From Chloroflexota bacterium (GTDB lineage Bacteria; Chloroflexota; UBA11872; VXOZ01), in contig JAJEAH010000042.1 in the NCBI GenBank assembly GCA_022824225.1, forward strand, positions 2,216 to 66,215: a stretch of 64,000 nucleotides of DNA, in the 5' to 3' direction. The number at the start of each line of letters is the position of its first letter. Position 1 is the first letter of the stretch. Made by a program: the position numbers and the translations under genes. A model generated the notes under the pieces. That model had not been told where the DNA came from and did no database searches. It saw nothing but the letters and a program-made list of their open reading frames with translations. Below, one piece after another: positions 1 to 9,606 of the stretch.

Positions 1-805
1 CGATGGCGTGCGGGAACTCCATCGCGAGTTCGCCCGGTCCGGGGCCGAGGTGCTGCAGGCCATGGCCTGGGGCGTGCGGCAGTTCGACCGGGAAGCGGAA
101 CTGCACCGCACCGCCGTGGCGCTGGCGCGGGAAGCCGCCGGGCCGGACCGCTACGTGGCGGGCACGCTCAGTCCCTATTTTGGTAGGACCCGCCCGCGCT
201 TGAACGCCGCCGATCGCCGCGAGGCCGCCGCCTTCTTCGACCGGCGCGTCGGCCAGCAGGTGTCAGCCGGTGTCGATCTCTTCATCGTCGAGACGTTCCA
301 CACGGTGGCGGAAGCCAGCCTGGCGCTTCCCTTCATCAAGCAAGCCGGGATCCCCGCCGTGGTCACGCTCACCTACCAGGAGCGCAACGTGACCCGCGAC
401 GGCCTCTCACCGGCGGAGGGGGCGCGGCAACTCGTAGACAACGGCGCGGACGTAGTGGGCGTCAATTGCCACCGCCCGCCCCAGACGCTGCTGCCCCTGG
501 CCCGCGCCATGCGCGCAGCCGTCAGCGCGCCCCTGTGCGTGCAGCCGACGGCCTACGAACTGGAACCCGGCGCGCGCTACAACCGCGAGATCGCCGAGCC
601 GGGCCTCTGGACCACCGTCGAGCCCCGTGTGCTGTCCCGCTACACGGCGGCGGAATACGCGACCGAAGCCGCCGGCGTCGGCATCGAGTTCATCGGCGCG
701 TGCTGCGGCATGCTGCCCTACCACATCCGCGCCATGGCGGACGCCCTGGGCAAGCCGGTCGCCTTGCCGGACCGAGAGCGAGAATACGCAGTCGGCAGCG
801 CGTGA
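1..805 (+). CDS. homocysteine S-methyltransferase family protein (N-terminus lies upstream of the window)
   Basis: ORF 8..805 aligns along its length with the paralog at 48203..49141 (REFARAGAELLQAM, FIVETF, GACCG zinc-binding motif). The paralog has about 45 more N-terminal residues, so this gene starts before nt 1. Confidence 0.75.
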   Translation, partial: DGVRELHREFARSGAEVLQAMAWGVRQFDREAELHRTAVALAREAAGPDRYVAGTLSPYFGRTRPRLNAADRREAAAFFDRRVGQQVSAGVDLFIVETFHTVAEASLALPFIKQAGIPAVVTLTYQERNVTRDGLSPAEGARQLVDNGADVVGVNCHRPPQTLLPLARAMRAAVSAPLCVQPTAYELEPGARYNREIAEPGLWTTVEPRVLSRYTAAEYATEAAGVGIEFIGACCGMLPYHIRAMADALGKPVALPDREREYAVGSA

Positions 806-1141
806 TCGGGGCGTTCCTGAGAAGACCTGAGCAGGACGAGACCGGCGCGCACTCATAGGGCTGTGACGGCCGGCGCCGGTGCGGAAACCGTTGCGGCATC
901 GGCCGGCAGACCCGGTGATGCATAAACCCTCAGCGTTTGGCCGGTCTGGTGTAGGACGGCGCCGTTCGTGCGCGGCAGCGCCGCAGGGCGAATACTGCGT
1001 GGGACGGCCCTCCTAGAGGCAGGGATACTCTCCCTTTGGGGGGGGTAGATGAAAAAGCAGGTAGACACGGCGTGAAGCGGCAGTGCCACTGTTCGCCAGC
1101 GTCCCAGAATTGGGTAGCAACTACGGGAGACGGCACACCCC

Positions 1142-1501
1142 GTGACCGGCAGCGAATTCAGCCCCTTCCGGCTCCTGCGGGCGGCCACGTACGCCCTCGC
1201 CGGGCTGCGCGACGCCTTCCGCAGCCAGGTTGCCATCCGCCAGGAAGCGCTCATCCTCCTGGTGATGAGTCCGGTTGCGCTCTGGCTGGGTGAGAACGGC
1301 GTGGAACGGGCGCTGCTGATTGGCGTGCTGTTCCTCATCCTGCTGACGGAACTGCTCAACGCCGCCATCGAAATGACCGTTGACCGCATCGGCCCCGAAC
1401 GCCACGAGCTCTCCCGCAAGGCCAAGGACATGGCCGCAGCCGCCGTGTTGGTTTCGCTCGTCATGGCGGCTATTGTCTGGTTGCTCATACTGCTCGATTG
1501 A
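1142..1501 (+). CDS. dgkA: diacylglycerol kinase (prokaryotic DgkA family)
   Basis: 119 aa, three TM helices. ELLNAAIEMTVDRIGPERHELSRKAKDMAAAAVL matches the DgkA signature (ILNSAIEAVVDRIGSEYHELSGRAKDMGSAAV in E. coli DgkA). Confidence 0.85.
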   Translation: MTGSEFSPFRLLRAATYALAGLRDAFRSQVAIRQEALILLVMSPVALWLGENGVERALLIGVLFLILLTELLNAAIEMTVDRIGPERHELSRKAKDMAAAAVLVSLVMAAIVWLLILLD

Positions 1502-1628
1502 GCGCTGCCGTGTCGTTATGGGAGACCGTTGCGGAAGTCCTTTGAGCGCTGCCGTGTCGATATGGGAGACCATTGCGGGAGTCCTTTGAGCGCCGCCGCG
1601 TCGATTTGTGAGACTGTTGCGCAACTTC
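1500..1628. repeat. tandem direct repeat, 44-bp unit, about 2.8 copies (GAGCGCTGCCGTGTCGWTATGGGAGACCRTTGCGGRAGTCCTTT)
   Basis: Read directly. Copies at 1500-1543 and 1544-1587, with a degenerate partial third copy. It starts at the dgkA stop codon. Confidence 0.8.
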
Positions 1629-2223
1629 TTCCCTCTTGATGGACCGATAGGGGCATGCATTCTATAGTCGATTTCACCTGTCATTCCGAACGGAGCGCAT
1701 CGGAGTGAGGAATCTAGAGTGCTGGGCCTACAATCTGCGCAAAGTACGGCGCTAGACTTCGCGTACAAGGATCGCTACGGCGCTCCATTCGTCATGGCAC
1801 GTGCCACCGGCCCAAATCAAGTGCCCCTGTCCGCTCTCGATGGGGGGTTGGAATAGCGGGGCAATCGACTTGCCGGCTCTTGCCAATGAAACCCTACCGC
1901 CCTGGATTCCGGCTTTCGCCGGAATGACGGATGTATGGCGGCCGGGCTTACGTTTGGCAGTACAGCGCGTTGCGGAAGTCCAGTACGTCTTAGAGCCTGT
2001 ATACAATCGTTTTTTGAGCGACCAACGTTCGCCCCCGTATCCAGTACGGGGCAGGCTCTGAGCACTTCGACAAGCTCAGTACAGGCTTGTCGAAGGGTGA
2101 GTAGAACCGCCGCAAGTTGGCAAATGGCCGTTCATGATTCGACAAGGGCTTCGCGCAGCCCTCAGCACGAACGGCATTCATCAGCCTTGTAGACCCCCTC
2201 TAGAGATGGTCGTAAACAGGTTC

Positions 2224-3273
2224 TTAGTAGTCCAGCACGACGGCCAGTGCCTCATCCGGATGGTCGACGAGCAGGTCGACGGCGCGCGGCGCTTCGGCAA
2301 AGGGGAAGCGGTGGGTGAGCAGCGGGGCGACGTCTACCTGGCCGGCGGCCTGCATGCGCAGCAGCGCGTAGAGATTGCGTTCCTGGTCCCACTGGACGAA
2401 GCGGTTGGGATAGTCGGTGCGGGCGTGCAGGTAGTCCTGGTCGCGGCTGCCGGGGCCCCGTCCGTAGACCCAGCGGATGTCGATCTCCTTGGTGTGGGGA
2501 TTGGCGTCGGGATGCGCCGGGGTGAAGTCCGGCACCAGCCCGCCAATCATCATCACGCGGCCGCTGTGCCGCACCAGGCGGATGCCCAAGCGGCCCGGTT
2601 CCGGCCCGCCGGCCGCGGCCACGAACGCCGCGTCCACGCCCACGCCGCAGGTGAAGTCCGCCACCGCCGCGGCCAGGGTGTCTGGGTCGCCTTGCACTGC
2701 CAGGTCTATGCCCAGTTCCCGGGCTTTGTCCAGGCGGGAGGCGATGAGGTCGATGCCGATGGCCTGGCCGCCCAGCATGCGCACCATCTGGGCGATCATC
2801 TGGCCCACCAGCCCCATGCCGATGATGGCGGCGGTCTCGCCGGGCAGGAGTTGGGCGCGGCGCACGGCGTGGAGGGCGGTGAGGCCGATGTTGGCGGTGG
2901 CGGCCTCCGCCGTAGCCAGATTGTCCGGTATCTTGGCAAAGTTATGGCGAATGAGCGCGGCCCGTTCGGCGTGAGGCGCAAAGCCGCCGCCGACCGCCAC
3001 CACGCGGTCGCCCGGCGCGAAATGCGACTCCAAATCGGGCGTGACCGCCACGATGCGGCCGGCCGATTGGTAGCTCATGGGCCGTTCCCGCAGTTCGCCG
3101 GGATCGGCGCCGGCCTGCACGGCCCGGCGGGCGCGGGCCAGCCCGCCGACTTCCGAGCCGGTGCCGAGCACCGAGGCCGTGGTCTCGATGAGTACGCCGG
3201 TTTCCCCCAGCGCCGGTTCCGGCACTTCTTTCAGATACGTATCGCCCCGGTTGTTCGCATACAGCGCGCGCAT
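2224..3273 (-). CDS. MDR-superfamily (zinc-type alcohol dehydrogenase-like) oxidoreductase
   Basis: 349 aa. GroES-like N-terminal part, then a Rossmann segment AAIIGMGLVGQMIAQM...GIDL typical of medium-chain dehydrogenases/reductases. Confidence 0.6.
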   Translation of the reverse strand: MRALYANNRGDTYLKEVPEPALGETGVLIETTASVLGTGSEVGGLARARRAVQAGADPGELRERPMSYQSAGRIVAVTPDLESHFAPGDRVVAVGGGFAPHAERAALIRHNFAKIPDNLATAEAATANIGLTALHAVRRAQLLPGETAAIIGMGLVGQMIAQMVRMLGGQAIGIDLIASRLDKARELGIDLAVQGDPDTLAAAVADFTCGVGVDAAFVAAAGGPEPGRLGIRLVRHSGRVMMIGGLVPDFTPAHPDANPHTKEIDIRWVYGRGPGSRDQDYLHARTDYPNRFVQWDQERNLYALLRMQAAGQVDVAPLLTHRFPFAEAPRAVDLLVDHPDEALAVVLDY

Positions 3274-3385
3274 AAAATCTCCTTCTCACTCACTCAATAT
3301 GCCGGGAATGCCCCGTGTGCATACGTGGGTTCTCGCAATTGGGAACTGAGCGTGGCCGCGCAAGGCAGCGCCTGGCCCGCCTGGT

Positions 3386-4954
3386 CTAGGGCTCCGGCCA
3401 CCGCCAGGCGGCTTGGCGGCGCAAACCGGCGTCATACGCCGCCGCCAGCTCCGCCCGCCGTGCCGCGGGCACATTTGAATAGTTCGGCGTGTCCATGCCG
3501 GGAATCCGGGCCGGTGGCGGCGCTTCCACTTCCCACTCGTCGAGCCGGGCCGCCAGCTCCTGCAGCAGCGACTTGCGCGCGGGATCGTCGGCCAGATTGC
3601 GCATCTCCGCCGGGTCGTTCGTCATGTCGAACAGTTCCCAGCGCGTACGGAAGTCCGCGCCGTAGTCGATCAACTTGTACTCAGGAGTGCGCAGCATGCG
3701 CTTGGTGCCTAGCATGTACGCTTCCTGGCGCGTGTACGGCACGCCGAGCATCCAGGAGAACGCCTCATTGGGCCAGCCCGCGCTTTCACCGGCGCACAAC
3801 GGCGCGAGGCTCCTGCCCTGCACGCCCTCAGGTACCGGCAGCCCGCAGAGATCGAGCACGGTGGGCACGATGTCCACGTGGCCGGTTATCTCGTCCACCA
3901 CCCGGCCCGGCGTCAGCGACGGGCAGACGGATTCCGGCGCTTGCATGATCAGCGGCACGTGCACCGCGCCCTCGTACATTACCTGCTTGTACATGCGCCC
4001 GTGGTCGCCCATCATGTCGCCGTGGTCTGACATGAAGATGATGATGGTGTTATCCGTCAGGCCGCGCTTGTCAAGCGCGGCGAGCACCAAGCCGATGTCG
4101 TCGTCCACGTGGGTGGTTGCCGCGTAGTAGATGGCCGTAATCTCGCGCAGCATCTCTGGATCGTCGATCAGGTGCGCAACTTCCTGCGTGCCGCGCGCGT
4201 CCCGGCGCAGCTTGGCAATGCCGGGCGGAATTTCCGGCAGCGAAATGGCCTCCCGATCATACATCGAATAGTACGGTTCCGGTTCCACGAAGGGCGAGTG
4301 GGGATCGTGGTAGCTGGCAAAGAGAAACCACGGTTTGCCGCTCTGCTCCAGCAGATCAAGGGCTTCCAGGGTCTGCCGCGTAATCCAGCTTGTGTCGTTG
4401 TCTTCCGGCGGATCGGCAAACAGTCCCACGCCGCCGCCATGGGGATCGCCCGGCCACCGGCAGGTGCCTTCCGTGATTCTGTCGCGCTTCCACTCACCGT
4501 ACTTGCCCTGCATATACGCTTCATAGCCCCGTTCCGGCGTGGGGCCCTCGGCGCGAAACGTGCGGAAGTCGTCGAAGCCGAACGCCTCCTCCACCGGATC
4601 GAAGTGCAGCTTGCCGGCAATGGCGGTCGCGTAGCCGTAATGCTGCATGATGGACGGCAGAAAGATCTCGCCGTCTCGCGTCGGCAGGCCGTTCCAACTG
4701 CCCTCGTGGACAGGCACGTGGCGTCCGTTGAAGACCGAGTAGCGCGCCGGCGTGCAGATCGGCGCCGCGCTGTAGAAGTTGGCAAAGCGCACGCCGCGCG
4801 CCGCCAGGCCGTCGAGCGCCGGCGTGCGGCAGACGGGGTGCCCCGCGCAACTGAGTAGGTCCCAGCGCATCTGGTCCGTCATGAGTATGAGCACGTTGGG
4901 CTGTCGTTTGCCGCCGCCCTGCTCGACTTGCCCGTTGCCGGATTGCTCACTCAC
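3386..4954 (-). CDS. sulfatase (arylsulfatase family, Cys-type formylglycine motif)
   Basis: 522 aa. N-terminal NVLILMTDQMRWD and C-T-P-A-R (CxPxR FGly motif) in PICTPARYSVFNGR, with a downstream GKLHF/HGDMMGDHG metal-site pattern. Confidence 0.85.
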   Translation of the reverse strand: MSEQSGNGQVEQGGGKRQPNVLILMTDQMRWDLLSCAGHPVCRTPALDGLAARGVRFANFYSAAPICTPARYSVFNGRHVPVHEGSWNGLPTRDGEIFLPSIMQHYGYATAIAGKLHFDPVEEAFGFDDFRTFRAEGPTPERGYEAYMQGKYGEWKRDRITEGTCRWPGDPHGGGVGLFADPPEDNDTSWITRQTLEALDLLEQSGKPWFLFASYHDPHSPFVEPEPYYSMYDREAISLPEIPPGIAKLRRDARGTQEVAHLIDDPEMLREITAIYYAATTHVDDDIGLVLAALDKRGLTDNTIIIFMSDHGDMMGDHGRMYKQVMYEGAVHVPLIMQAPESVCPSLTPGRVVDEITGHVDIVPTVLDLCGLPVPEGVQGRSLAPLCAGESAGWPNEAFSWMLGVPYTRQEAYMLGTKRMLRTPEYKLIDYGADFRTRWELFDMTNDPAEMRNLADDPARKSLLQELAARLDEWEVEAPPPARIPGMDTPNYSNVPAARRAELAAAYDAGLRRQAAWRWPEP

Positions 4955-5307
4955 ATTGAGACTCCCTAGAGCTTGTTTGTGATCTTACTTAGGTGGGTAT
5001 TTGCAGAGCCAAATTAAAGTCGTTCGCGCCGAGCATGCCTGTCCTGAGCCTGCAGTTATTCGTGCCAAGCCTGCTGCCGTTCGTGCTGAGCACTTCGACA
5101 AGCTCAGCACAGGCCTGTCGAAGCATGAACGGCAACGGGCGTGTACTGCCCTTCCCACAATGCCGCACCGTTCACCCTTCGACCAGCTCAGGGCGAACGG
5201 TGCTCGTGCGGACAACGCCATTGTAGACAGGCTCTTAGCGGATTGCATGCTCGCTTTGAGGCGAGGCCCGCTCACAACTACGGGCTGGAAAGTGCATGCC
5301 TACCAAA

Positions 5308-6867
5308 TTACTGCGTCTTGGACGAAGCCTGCGGCCAACGCCTTGCCGCCGAGCGGCGCATGTTCGCCTCCCAAGCTGCGCGCATTGCCGCCCGTCGTTC
5401 CGCCGGGACGTACGCATAGCTCGGTGTGGGCATACCGGGCACGCTTACCGGTGGAGGTTCCTCGTCCTGCCATGCATCGAGCCGCGCCGCCAAAGCGCGC
5501 AAAACGGAACGGTACGCGGGATCGTCGGCCAGATTGTGCACCTCTGCGGGGTCGTCGGCCATGTTGAAGAGTTCCCACCGCATGCGGAAGTCCGCGCCGT
5601 AGTCGATCAGCTTATACTCCGGCGTGCGCACCATCCGCTTCTTGCCGACCATATACGCTTCCTGGCGCACGAACGGCGCGGCCCGCACCGCAGCGAACGC
5701 CTCATTGGGCCAACCGGCGGCGTTGCCGGCGCACAGTGGCGCCAGGCTTTGGCCCTGCACGCCCGCCGGGACGGGGAGGCCGCAGAGTTCCAGTACCGTC
5801 GGCAGAATATCCACCTGGCCGGCGATCTCGTCAACCACGCGGCCCGGCGTCAGCGCCGGGTGGATGGTCTCCGGGACCTGCATAACGAGCGGTACGTGCG
5901 CCGCGCCTTCGTACATCACCTGTTTATTCATGCGACCGCGATCGCCCATCATGTCGCCGTGATCGGAGAGGAAGAGAACGATGGTGTTGTCCGCCAGACC
6001 GCGTTCCTCGAGGGCGGACAAGAGGATGCCGATGTCGTGGTCCACGTGCGTGGTGGATGCGTAGTAGACCGCCGTAACCGCTTGCACCACTTCCGGATCG
6101 TCAATCACGTGGGCACGTTCCTGGGTACCGCGCGCGTCCCGGCGCAGCCGGCGTATTTCGGGCGGAATCTCACGCAGCGGGATGGATTCCCGGTCGTACA
6201 TCGAGAAGTACGGCTCCGGCTCGACGAAGGGCGAGTGGGGATCATGGTAGCTGGCAAAGAGGAACCACGGCTTGCCGCTTTCCGCAAGCCCAGCGAGGGC
6301 TTCAATGGACTGCCGCGTAATCCAACTCGTGTCGTAGTCCTCCGGCGGGTCGGCAAATCGACCGACGCCCTTGCCCCCCGTGCCTTCCTCGATCCTATCG
6401 CGCGTGTATGCGCCGTATTTCCGCGTCATATAGGCGTCGTAGCCGCGTTCGGGCGTCGGACCCTCGGCGCGAAACGAACGAAAGTCGTCAAAGCCAAATG
6501 CTTCTTCCCGTGGCGCGAAGTGCAGCTTGCCGGCGATGGCCGTCGCGTAGCCGTAGTGCTTCAGGATGGAGGGCAGGAAAACCTCGCCATCCTGCGTGGG
6601 CCAGCCGTTGCTCCAGCCGCCGTGGACGTGGACGTGCCGCCCACTGAAGATCGAGTAACGGGCGGGGGTACACGTTGGGGCCGCGGTGTAGAAGTTCGCA
6701 AAGCGCACGCCGCGCGCGGCCATGCCGTCGAGCACCGGCGTGCGGCAGATCGGATGGCCCGCGCAACTGAGCACGTCCCACCGCATCTGGTCGGCCATGA
6801 TGAAGAGCACGTTCGGCTGCTTCCGGCCGGATTCGCCGCTATTGCCGCTGGCGCTTGATTTGTTCAC
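5308..6867 (-). CDS. sulfatase (arylsulfatase family), tandem paralog of 3386..4954
   Basis: 519 aa, collinear with the neighbouring sulfatase (NVLFIMADQMRWD, PTCTPARYSIFSGR). Confidence 0.85.
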   Translation of the reverse strand: MNKSSASGNSGESGRKQPNVLFIMADQMRWDVLSCAGHPICRTPVLDGMAARGVRFANFYTAAPTCTPARYSIFSGRHVHVHGGWSNGWPTQDGEVFLPSILKHYGYATAIAGKLHFAPREEAFGFDDFRSFRAEGPTPERGYDAYMTRKYGAYTRDRIEEGTGGKGVGRFADPPEDYDTSWITRQSIEALAGLAESGKPWFLFASYHDPHSPFVEPEPYFSMYDRESIPLREIPPEIRRLRRDARGTQERAHVIDDPEVVQAVTAVYYASTTHVDHDIGILLSALEERGLADNTIVLFLSDHGDMMGDRGRMNKQVMYEGAAHVPLVMQVPETIHPALTPGRVVDEIAGQVDILPTVLELCGLPVPAGVQGQSLAPLCAGNAAGWPNEAFAAVRAAPFVRQEAYMVGKKRMVRTPEYKLIDYGADFRMRWELFNMADDPAEVHNLADDPAYRSVLRALAARLDAWQDEEPPPVSVPGMPTPSYAYVPAERRAAMRAAWEANMRRSAARRWPQASSKTQ

Positions 6868-6949
6868 AGATGGTCTCGCTCGTTTTGGTGAAAGAACACG
6901 TGTGCAGTCGTGTTAGTGGCACCGGCTCATCGGATGACGATTTCTCTTC

Positions 6950-7380
6950 GTAGCGCGGGGGCTTGTCCCCCGCTCGACTTCATACGGCTCGTTCACGGAG
7001 AAGATGGATTCCCGCCCCGTATCGGGGTACGGGGCAAGCTTTCACGGGAATGACGGATACTGTCTCGCTCTCCTGTGTTTGACGTGAGGGCTTGTCCCCC
7101 GCCAACTCCGTGCCGGTTCACGTGCAAAGGCACTCTTGCCCAAGCCCAAAGGACTCACTGGCACTATCGTGGCGCTTCTCCCCTGTAGCGCGGGGGCTTG
7201 TCCCCCGCTCGGCATGGCGGGGGTTCCGTCATTCCCGCGCCCGCGGGAATCCATCCGGTTCTCCCCCCGCTGCGGCGGTCGGGTACGCCAGCCAAGACAG
7301 GATGGATTCCCGTTTCCACGGGAATGACGGATTCTGTCTCGCTCTCCTCTGTTTAGCGCGGGGGCTTGTCCCCCGCCACG
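6950..7380. repeat. array of REP-like palindromic units (A-type ATTCCCGT-N4-ACGGGAAT and B-type GCGGGGG-N5-CCCCCGC hairpins)
   Basis: At least four B units (6954, 7090, 7190, 7360) and three A or A-variant units, with conserved spacers, in the intergenic region between a sulfatase gene and the amidohydrolase gene. Confidence 0.8.
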
Positions 7381-7391
7381 TCCGTGCCGGT

Positions 7392-8747
7392 TCACGGGAC
7401 GAGATTCTCCTGCCCAAGGCCAAAGAACTCATTGGCGTTGTCGTGCAGCACCCGCGCGGCGACGATTCTCGCTTGGTCCACCGAATAGAGGCCTTCCTCA
7501 ACCTTCTCGCTCAGCACGCGGGCGACGTTTTCCCGCGCCATCACGCTGTGGCCGTACGCCAGTTCCACCGGCCCGTAGTCGCCGCCAAAGCCGAAGATCT
7601 TGTTGTGGGGCACGGTTTCCAGCCACTCGTGCAGCGTCGCCCGCGCCACGTACGGGCTGATGATGTGCACCCAGCAGAGATCGAGGTAGACATTCTGGAA
7701 GTTCTTCGCCAGCGTAGCCAGTTCGCTCTGGTACGGATACCCCGCGTGGAAGATGTCGAATCGCGCTCGCGGATACTGGATGAAGAGGTTGACGAGGTGG
7801 GTGGGATTGCTGTTGGTGATGATGTTGCCGTTGCCGGCGTGGAGGCCGGTGTGGATCTGCATGGGTATGTCGTGCTCGATGCAGAGCCGCACTACCTGGT
7901 GCAGCATGTAGTCCTGCAACGGCTTGCACTCCGTGAAGGTCAAGCCGTCTTGGGTCATGCCGTTGCCCTGCGCCCGGGTGCCGGCGACCACTTGCGCAAA
8001 GAGCTGCTCGGCGGTTGAGCGCGGCACGTTGTCATACTGCAAGATGCGCCGGTAGGCCAGCCCACTTTTGACGGTGACCATGCCCTCCGCCTTGGCCTGG
8101 GCATATGCCGCGCCCAAGGCGGACACGAGGTCGTCCAGATCGTAGATGCTGTGGCCGGTCTGGCGTTCCAGTCTCACCACGTCAGCCCGGCTGCTCACGC
8201 TAATAAAGGAATCGAAGCGCATGGCCGGGGCGAAAACTGCTTTGTCCACCTGGGTGGACTGCACGTCGGGGATGGCCAGCGGGATGTTGCCGCGCTCTTG
8301 TAGTATATGCCGGTACCAGGCCGTATGCTGCTGCGAGGCGGTCAATTGCTCGTTGACGCTGCGGTAGCCCGCCAGCGACGGCGCCGCCGACATGAGGTCG
8401 TCCATCCCAAAGAGGTCGCGGCACGCGATGTGCAGCGCCTTTGCATATCCCGTTGTCTTGGCAAACTGCCAGTAACGCAGGAAAATCGCCCAGCGGTCGG
8501 CGGGATCGCGGCTTTGGTCGTACATCCGCTCCTGTTCATCCGGCGTCATGCCGGCGGAGACCAGATCGCTGCCGACGTAGTGGTGCATTTCGGATGAGAG
8601 CAGATCGAGCGGCATTTGCCGCCGGTCTTCCTCGGAAAACGTATGCTCGTGGGTGTCGATGACCGGCTGCGCCCTGACGGCCTCTTCGATTTCGGCAACG
8701 GCGGCAATAGCCACTGGCTCACCTCCCTGTAAATGGCGTTCTGCCAT
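7392..8747 (-). CDS. amidohydrolase-family metal-dependent TIM-barrel hydrolase
   Basis: 451 aa. N-terminal IDTHEH (HxH metal ligand pattern), later HTGLHAGNGN and DLCW motifs, consistent with the amidohydrolase_2-like fold. Substrate is unknown. Confidence 0.5.
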   Translation of the reverse strand: MAERHLQGGEPVAIAAVAEIEEAVRAQPVIDTHEHTFSEEDRRQMPLDLLSSEMHHYVGSDLVSAGMTPDEQERMYDQSRDPADRWAIFLRYWQFAKTTGYAKALHIACRDLFGMDDLMSAAPSLAGYRSVNEQLTASQQHTAWYRHILQERGNIPLAIPDVQSTQVDKAVFAPAMRFDSFISVSSRADVVRLERQTGHSIYDLDDLVSALGAAYAQAKAEGMVTVKSGLAYRRILQYDNVPRSTAEQLFAQVVAGTRAQGNGMTQDGLTFTECKPLQDYMLHQVVRLCIEHDIPMQIHTGLHAGNGNIITNSNPTHLVNLFIQYPRARFDIFHAGYPYQSELATLAKNFQNVYLDLCWVHIISPYVARATLHEWLETVPHNKIFGFGGDYGPVELAYGHSVMARENVARVLSEKVEEGLYSVDQARIVAARVLHDNANEFFGLGQENLVP

Positions 8748-8924
8748 TGTACTGTACTTCTTCGCCGATAGACGTACAAGCGGGAGAGGATTAGCCCCGT
8801 TGACAACTGGCCTGGGAAAGCAAAGTGCAAGCCATTGGATTCCAGATCGTCAATCCCATGAAAGTAGCACGAGGGGTTCCGTTGTGCCCGTGCAAGGTCG
8901 CCCCCGCGCGGACATACAGGGGTA

Positions 8925-9450
8925 AGTAGATGTCATTCCGAGCGAAGCGAGGAATCTCAGGTGCTGGTATAGCAGGGCAATGCGCTAGGTTCCTCACTCC
9001 GCTGCGCTCCGATCGGAAGGACATGTGGAGGCAAGTAGGGAGAACATGCGCCTGTCGGGCCGCGCGGGGGCGCGATCCATGTTCTCTTAGTTGGCACACC
9101 CCACGACCGGAGGGGAGAAGCCCCGCGTTACACAGAGGAGTGCGAGACAGGGATCCGTCATTCCCGTGAAAACGGGAATCCATCTTCTCCGAAAAAGCAC
9201 CGCGCCAAGTCGAGCGGGGGGACAAGCCCCCGCGCTACCCGGAGGAGAGCAGGACGCACATCCGTCATTCCCGTGAAAACGGGAATACATCTTCTCCGAA
9301 AAAGCACCGCGCCCTGCCGAGCGGGGGACAAGCCCCCGCGCTACCCGGAGGAGAGCAGGATGCACATCCGTCATTCCCGTGAAAACGGGAATACATCTTC
9401 TCCGAAAAAGCACCGCGCCAAGTCGAGCGGGGAAAAATCCCCGCGCTACT
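8925..9450. repeat. array of REP-like modules, including three tandem about 105-bp copies of an A-unit plus B-unit composite, preceded by a small E-type hairpin variant (8928-9020)
   Basis: Tandem copies begin at about 9163, 9268 and 9373. The module is CCGTCATTCCCGTGAAAACGGGAATMCATCTTCTCCGAAAAAGCACCGCGCC....GAGCGGGGGACAAGCCCCCGCGCTACCCGGAGGAGAGCAGGA. Confidence 0.8.
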
Positions 9451-9606
9451 CCCTGCCTAGTAGCTGGAATCCGTATGAGTCTACAAGACTGCGCGAGACT
9501 TCGTGGTCTTGTCTATCGTCCTGGTGTAATCTCACTATGTAAGCCGCGGCGGTCATCAGCGGCGTTTCGCTTAGAGCCTGCCGGGTAAGCAGAGGAGAAA
9601 TCGAGC

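Noticed and set aside
2134-3948. 604-aa plus-strand ORF
   Set aside because: Antisense to the MDR dehydrogenase and a sulfatase gene. This is a typical high-GC shadow ORF with Arg/Ala/Gly-rich nonsense composition and no motif. Similar rejections apply to 5296..6858, 13696..15573, 17281..18273, 21400..22596, 45786..47396, 59577..61379 and other long ORFs opposite well-supported genes.
7042-9413. Several ORFs beginning MDSRFHGNDG or containing SEKMDSRFHGNDG (for example 7042..7395, 8791..9225, 9087..9413, 11602..11835, 12807..13049)
   Set aside because: The shared peptide is simply the translation of the A-type repeat unit in one frame; these ORFs lie inside repeat clusters.
8925-9450. Possible CRISPR array (regular approximately 105-bp periodicity)
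   Set aside because: The repeats are themselves hairpin composites. The intervening 'spacers' are conserved between copies rather than unique. The same units are scattered singly throughout the window, and no cas genes are present.
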